Virus record (IMG/VR): IMGVR_UViG_3300022555_000014
Strand: one strand, 5' to 3'
DNA: 64,000 nucleotides
From: an uncultured virus (IMG/VR IMGVR_UViG_3300022555_000014)
Taxonomy: Duplodnaviria; Heunggongvirae; Uroviricota; Caudoviricetes
Made by a program: the position numbers and the translations under genes. The notes below the pieces were generated by a model. That model ran no database searches and was not told where the DNA came from. It worked only from the letters and a program-made list of their open reading frames with translations. Positions 60,281 to 64,000 of this stretch are shown piece after piece (the stretch's first letter is position 1; every line of letters starts with the position of its first letter).

Positions 60281-60742
60281 ATGGCAACTAAGTCACCGTT
60301 CTCAATAGACGAGCTTGAGAATTTAGTAAAGCTTCAATACAACGAGATTCAACGACTTCAGGCTATCGTTGATCAGCATACAGGTCAAGTTCGACATACT
60401 GCACCTACTAAACAGCTAGTGCATGTTAAAGCCAAGGTTCCAAAAGAAGAGCCTGTTGAGTTCGAAGAGTCTGACGACGTTAGCGACAAAAAATCTTGGT
60501 TGGAAAAAATAGGTTGGCCTATACCAAAAGCTAAGGTAGGTGAGGGTAGGGACAAAGTAATATGTGACGCTTATGACCTATACCTAGATTTCGAATCTGA
60601 TCACGATAACTTCACTGTAGATCAACTTGTAGAAAAAGCTAAAAAGTTGGGGGATTTTTCTTTTGGGCGCGGTCGTAAGCTGGAAGACTACAAGCGTGGT
60701 TTGGTGACTGCTTTCATCTATCGTAACGAAGAGACGACTTGA
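60281..60742 (+). CDS. hypothetical protein sharing C-terminal GRGRK domain with 58673..59524
   Basis: SFGRGRKLEDYK vs SYGRGRKSDDTK. Confidence 0.7.
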   Translation: MATKSPFSIDELENLVKLQYNEIQRLQAIVDQHTGQVRHTAPTKQLVHVKAKVPKEEPVEFEESDDVSDKKSWLEKIGWPIPKAKVGEGRDKVICDAYDLYLDFESDHDNFTVDQLVEKAKKLGDFSFGRGRKLEDYKRGLVTAFIYRNEETT

Positions 60743-60907
60743 CGCCAAAACCGGTTGGAAATTCCCAACCGGTTTTCGTCGTTTCGACCAACTCTCACTA
60801 TCAACGACTCGAAGAAAACCGTTGATTTTCCTGAGAGATTTTCCACTTGACATCAGATAATCGGTTGTGATATAATGCTGGTAACGATCCCAGACAGGAG
60901 ATGTATC

Positions 60908-61195
60908 ATGTCCGAGTTAGAAGATTACGTTATTGAAGAAGAAAAACTACTTAACTCACTAGCAGTTTCTATTGAGTCTCTATTCTCTTCCGAGTGTTCT
61001 AGTTTTAAATTAAGCAGGAGAGGTTTAGTCAGTAAGTTCGTTGTCTTTGGCGATTATGCCGACTTGATGGGAAAGCTCCAAATTTTACTGGAGGGTAGGG
61101 GTATTTATCTAGTCTTAGAAAATTCAGGGAAGGAGGTGTTCGTGTTCGGTAGGTCTTGTATCAGCCAGGCACCCCTTCTGGGATTTTCTCTCTAG
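60908..61195 (+). CDS. hypothetical protein
   Basis: TTGACA-N17-TATAAT promoter at about 60847-60875; AGGAG RBS. Confidence 0.6.
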   Translation: MSELEDYVIEEEKLLNSLAVSIESLFSSECSSFKLSRRGLVSKFVVFGDYADLMGKLQILLEGRGIYLVLENSGKEVFVFGRSCISQAPLLGFSL

Positions 61196-61361
61196 AGTAG
61201 GAGTTTTGCAATGGCTAAAGAGTTGGAATGTGTACATAAAGCCATAAAAGACTTATATGAATCTGGTTTTGTTGACGATGTAGTCATGCGGCGGTTGGAC
61301 GTGCTGTGTAAGGTTAAAGAAGAGGACAAACTCAAACCTCAGAAACCAATAGGAGGCGGAA

Positions 61362-61640
61362 ATGACCATAGTTACGTGTAATCATGTTGATTTACACGGT
61401 GAGGTGTCTGTTGTGTCTTTAGAGTTGCCTACCTGCAAAGAGGCTTTCTGGAGGTCCTATGTTAGAAAGTGTCAACAGTTGATGTCAGGTCCGTCAGAGC
61501 AATATTGGGTATTGTCAGACGGTAAAGTAGCTGGGTACGGTAAAGGTCTACCTAGAGGTCAAGTCGTAATGGACAGGTTCACCTTTGAGTACGCGATAGG
61601 TTTGGTTAGTGGTTCTAGCGGAGGAGAACAGCACGCTTAG
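61362..61640 (+). CDS. hypothetical protein
   Basis: AGGAGG RBS. Confidence 0.6.
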   Translation: MTIVTCNHVDLHGEVSVVSLELPTCKEAFWRSYVRKCQQLMSGPSEQYWVLSDGKVAGYGKGLPRGQVVMDRFTFEYAIGLVSGSSGGEQHA

Positions 61641-61692
61641 CTCTAATGTAGAATATGGGTAGTCAACAGACAACTAATAAGGAGTTCCCGTT

Positions 61693-62247
61693 ATGGACGT
61701 GTACAAAAACTTCTCTGAAATCCCGCAATTGACCAAAGGAGCACCTTATAAGGTAAACATGGCTTGGGATTATATAGAGGACTGGTTACGCCTTGAAAAC
61801 GAGACAGCTAAAGGGTACTCCATTGACTTGGATCCAAGTTTCCAGAGAGTTCATGTTTGGGACGACGTGCGAAGGGTACGCTATGTTGAGTACATCTTAC
61901 GTGGCGGTTTAAGTGGCAAGGATTTGTACTTCAACCACCCTAATTGGATGAGTTCTTTCAAAGGTACCTTAGTTCTTGTTGACGGTAAGCAAAGGCTAGA
62001 GGCTGTAAGAAAATTCATGAATAACGAAATACCAGCTTTTGGAACACTACTAAAGGACTACTCTGGTAGATTGCCTATGATGAAATGTGATTTCATAGTC
62101 AACGTTAACAATCTGAAAACCACAGCGGAGGTGTTACAGTGGTATATTGATTTGAACGCTGGTGGGGTTGCTCACACTGATGGAGAGATAGAGAAGGTGA
62201 GAGTCATGTTGAAAAAGGAAACTTTGAAATCCAAGAGGAAGGAGTAA
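61693..62247 (+). CDS. DUF262 (ParB-like) domain protein
   Basis: LDPSFQRVHVW and LVDGKQRL, DUF262 hallmark motifs; C-terminal LN.GG. Confidence 0.85.
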   Translation: MDVYKNFSEIPQLTKGAPYKVNMAWDYIEDWLRLENETAKGYSIDLDPSFQRVHVWDDVRRVRYVEYILRGGLSGKDLYFNHPNWMSSFKGTLVLVDGKQRLEAVRKFMNNEIPAFGTLLKDYSGRLPMMKCDFIVNVNNLKTTAEVLQWYIDLNAGGVAHTDGEIEKVRVMLKKETLKSKRKE

Positions 62248-62250
62248 CCA

Positions 62251-62562
62251 ATGTCAGTAGTAATTACCCATCCAAAAGACGGTGTTTATCTCGGTCAGAC
62301 TCTTGGCTTGGGGTTCTGGACTCTCATGGACTCCGTTGGTCAGCCTAGTGCCTGTGTATTTAAAAGTGTCAAGCAGGCTACTAAACATGTTGAGAGTTGG
62401 GAGGAGCACCATCCTGTCAGAGACTATGTTTTTGTGACTGTTAAGACTGCTGATGATCGCTACGCTACTATCCAAGAGTTGAAAGACGCGGGTTTGGAGC
62501 ATTTGCTCGGTGACATGGAGCAGCAAGCTTTAGAGTTTGCCGACGTGTCAGGAAACGCTTAA
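62251..62562 (+). CDS. hypothetical protein
   Basis: AAGGAG RBS; GVYLG..LGLGFW. Confidence 0.65.
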   Translation: MSVVITHPKDGVYLGQTLGLGFWTLMDSVGQPSACVFKSVKQATKHVESWEEHHPVRDYVFVTVKTADDRYATIQELKDAGLEHLLGDMEQQALEFADVSGNA

Positions 62563-62582
62563 CATAGAAGGAGTAAACAGTC

Positions 62583-62783
62583 ATGATGCCTACCGGAGAC
62601 AACAGTATTTTGGGTATCGTCCTGACCTACCTTTTCGTCGCTAGTTTGGTAGTAGCAGTAGTACTCAGAGTAGCTTTGGGAATCCTATCTTGGATATTTA
62701 GCCTTGATATTAGGTTTAGTATCTTCAAGATTTGGGCTTTCATTGTGCTTTGGTTTATGTTAGTAGGAAAGGCGTTTGTGTAA
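62583..62783 (+). CDS. small membrane protein
   Basis: Hydrophobic; AAGGAG RBS. Confidence 0.55.
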   Translation: MMPTGDNSILGIVLTYLFVASLVVAVVLRVALGILSWIFSLDIRFSIFKIWAFIVLWFMLVGKAFV

Positions 62784-62931
62784 TACATGGTTAAAAAGAT
62801 CAAGATAGAGTTGCCACCGAGTAAACGTCCTAGGGACACCCACGCGGTGGCAACTAAGTTGAGGAAAGCGGGTCCTCACAAGAAAAAACGCGACAAGAAA
62901 TCAACTACAGAGTTGGAAACAGGAGGCGACA

Positions 62932-63285
62932 ATGAACCGTAAGTCAATGTCTAGTCGTCAATTCATCAACTTAACGTACAGAAACAGTTTAAGTCAAAAA
63001 ACCAACTCAGATATGCTATTTGAGGTTATGCGCGTCTACAATCTAGTAGAACAGAGTAATAATACCTACATTCACGATTTATTCAAAGTCGGCAGTTTGT
63101 TGAAAGCCTTTCATTCTACCGCCTTCCGAGATTGTCTGATTATTGAGTCTTGCTTTAAAACTACTAGTAAGCTTGGAAGATATAGATCACATTATCGTTG
63201 GGCTACTTGGGGAATGTCAACCGATGAGTTGGTAGATTTTGGGCTAACCTTTGAGAAACATAACCTAGCAACAAAAGGAGAATAA
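62932..63285 (+). CDS. hypothetical protein
   Basis: AGGAGG RBS. Confidence 0.6.
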   Translation: MNRKSMSSRQFINLTYRNSLSQKTNSDMLFEVMRVYNLVEQSNNTYIHDLFKVGSLLKAFHSTAFRDCLIIESCFKTTSKLGRYRSHYRWATWGMSTDELVDFGLTFEKHNLATKGE

Positions 63286-63287
63286 TC

Positions 63288-63623
63288 ATGTTGATATCTG
63301 AAAAAGAGACTAACTCTATTAAGTGCTGTGGTCCTGAAGGGTGTGGAGATTTAACCGACTCTTTGAATAGACGTTGTGTTGGTTCAAATTGTATGGCTTG
63401 GTCATGGTTTGATCCGGTTACTATTGAAATGCATTGTTCTAGCCGTGGAAAATTCACCAAGGAAGAGATGACATCTTTTGGCCCAGCCTCTAATTGGCCC
63501 AGTGCTATGTTGAGCGGTAGTTGGAGATTAGTAGAAACTGGTAATCGTCGTCGTGGTTTTTGTAACTATGCGGGTGTCCCTCTCGGACACATTGAACCGT
63601 TTTCTTTACCTAAAAACTACTAA
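63288..63623 (+). CDS. Cys-rich hypothetical phage protein
   Basis: CVGSNCMAW.W...RGFC. Confidence 0.65.
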   Translation: MLISEKETNSIKCCGPEGCGDLTDSLNRRCVGSNCMAWSWFDPVTIEMHCSSRGKFTKEEMTSFGPASNWPSAMLSGSWRLVETGNRRRGFCNYAGVPLGHIEPFSLPKNY

Positions 63624-63631
63624 AGGAGTTT

Positions 63632-63815
63632 AACGTATTCCCAGTGAATCTGGGAAGTACCGAAGGACATCGGAAACGCTTTAGCCTAAGAGAGGGTCTA
63701 GATTCCCTTGAAAGTCTAAGGCTGCCTGTTATCTTGGAGTTGCTACCCAAGAGCACACAGGAAGAAACCTCCAGGGTTTAGCCGGAGGTATGTCATTGAC
63801 CCTTGACCTACCAGG
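63632..63815 (+). ncRNA. orphan omegaRNA-like / IS200-IS605 right-end-like structured RNA
   Basis: Five consecutive hairpins ending GAAACCTCCAGGGTTTAGCCGGAGGTATGTCA. Confidence 0.55.
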
Positions 63816-63823
63816 AGTTTGTC

Positions 63824-64000
63824 ATGAAAACCTACTTTGCTAGTCATCAAGACTTTATCTGGGGTGTGGGTTCCTCTAATGAAGAAGCGTTAGCTGACGC
63901 TAAAGAACTTTGGGACCAACACTATCGTGCCACCGACAAACTAGGAAACTATCCAGTGTTTGCAGTGTACCCTCCTCCGAAAGCGGCAGCAAAGGCTCCT
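63824..64000 (+). CDS. hypothetical protein (partial)
   Basis: AGGAG RBS, open to the window end. Confidence 0.55.
   Translation, partial: MKTYFASHQDFIWGVGSSNEEALADAKELWDQHYRATDKLGNYPVFAVYPPPKAAAKAP

Noticed and set aside
1..64000. Genome-wide TGA or TAG reassignment
   Set aside because: TGA ends genes in ATGA/TGATG couplings (17705, 39203, 39625, 43293), TAG also ends genes, and most long ORFs are intact in code 11.

Overview
This 64 kb, roughly 40% GC, gene-dense window reads as part of a large (jumbo-type) dsDNA phage genome. The host is probably an alphaproteobacterium, inferred from a GcrA-like regulator, GANTC (CcrM-site) clustering and a calpain/repeat protein resembling alphaproteobacterial surface proteins. 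No virion genes, tRNAs, rRNAs or CRISPR arrays were recognised. Genes run on the minus strand from about 25.4 kb leftwards: ParB-like, HAD phosphatase, thymidylate-synthase-like, Rad50/SbcC-like, pyrimidine-dimer glycosylase, TnpB with rearranged RuvC, RtcB-PrfH, DnaX-like clamp loader and NYN nuclease. They run on the plus strand from about 25.6 kb rightwards: HUH Rep-like, many tandem-HTH proteins, GcrA-like, calpain-like protease and many small early-type genes with sigma70-like promoters. At the divergence sits a 2 kb non-coding, origin-like block downstream of the HUH gene. It contains a 77-bp tandem repeat, a telomere-like (TTAAGGGG)6 run and about 37 GANTC sites in about 740 bp. Together with the phage GcrA this suggests an origin or decoy that plugs into the host CcrM/GcrA methylation circuit, which is my best candidate for an undescribed system. 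A second striking structure, at 49.8-54.7 kb, is six copies of a terminator plus structured 75-bp element separating single-gene cassettes with identical promoter/RBS contexts. Other notable points are four genes with a single in-frame stop (including prfH), a gene frameshifted by an 11-bp tandem repeat, and an orphan omegaRNA-like RNA. All calls and counts come from manual motif reading; no database searches were run.
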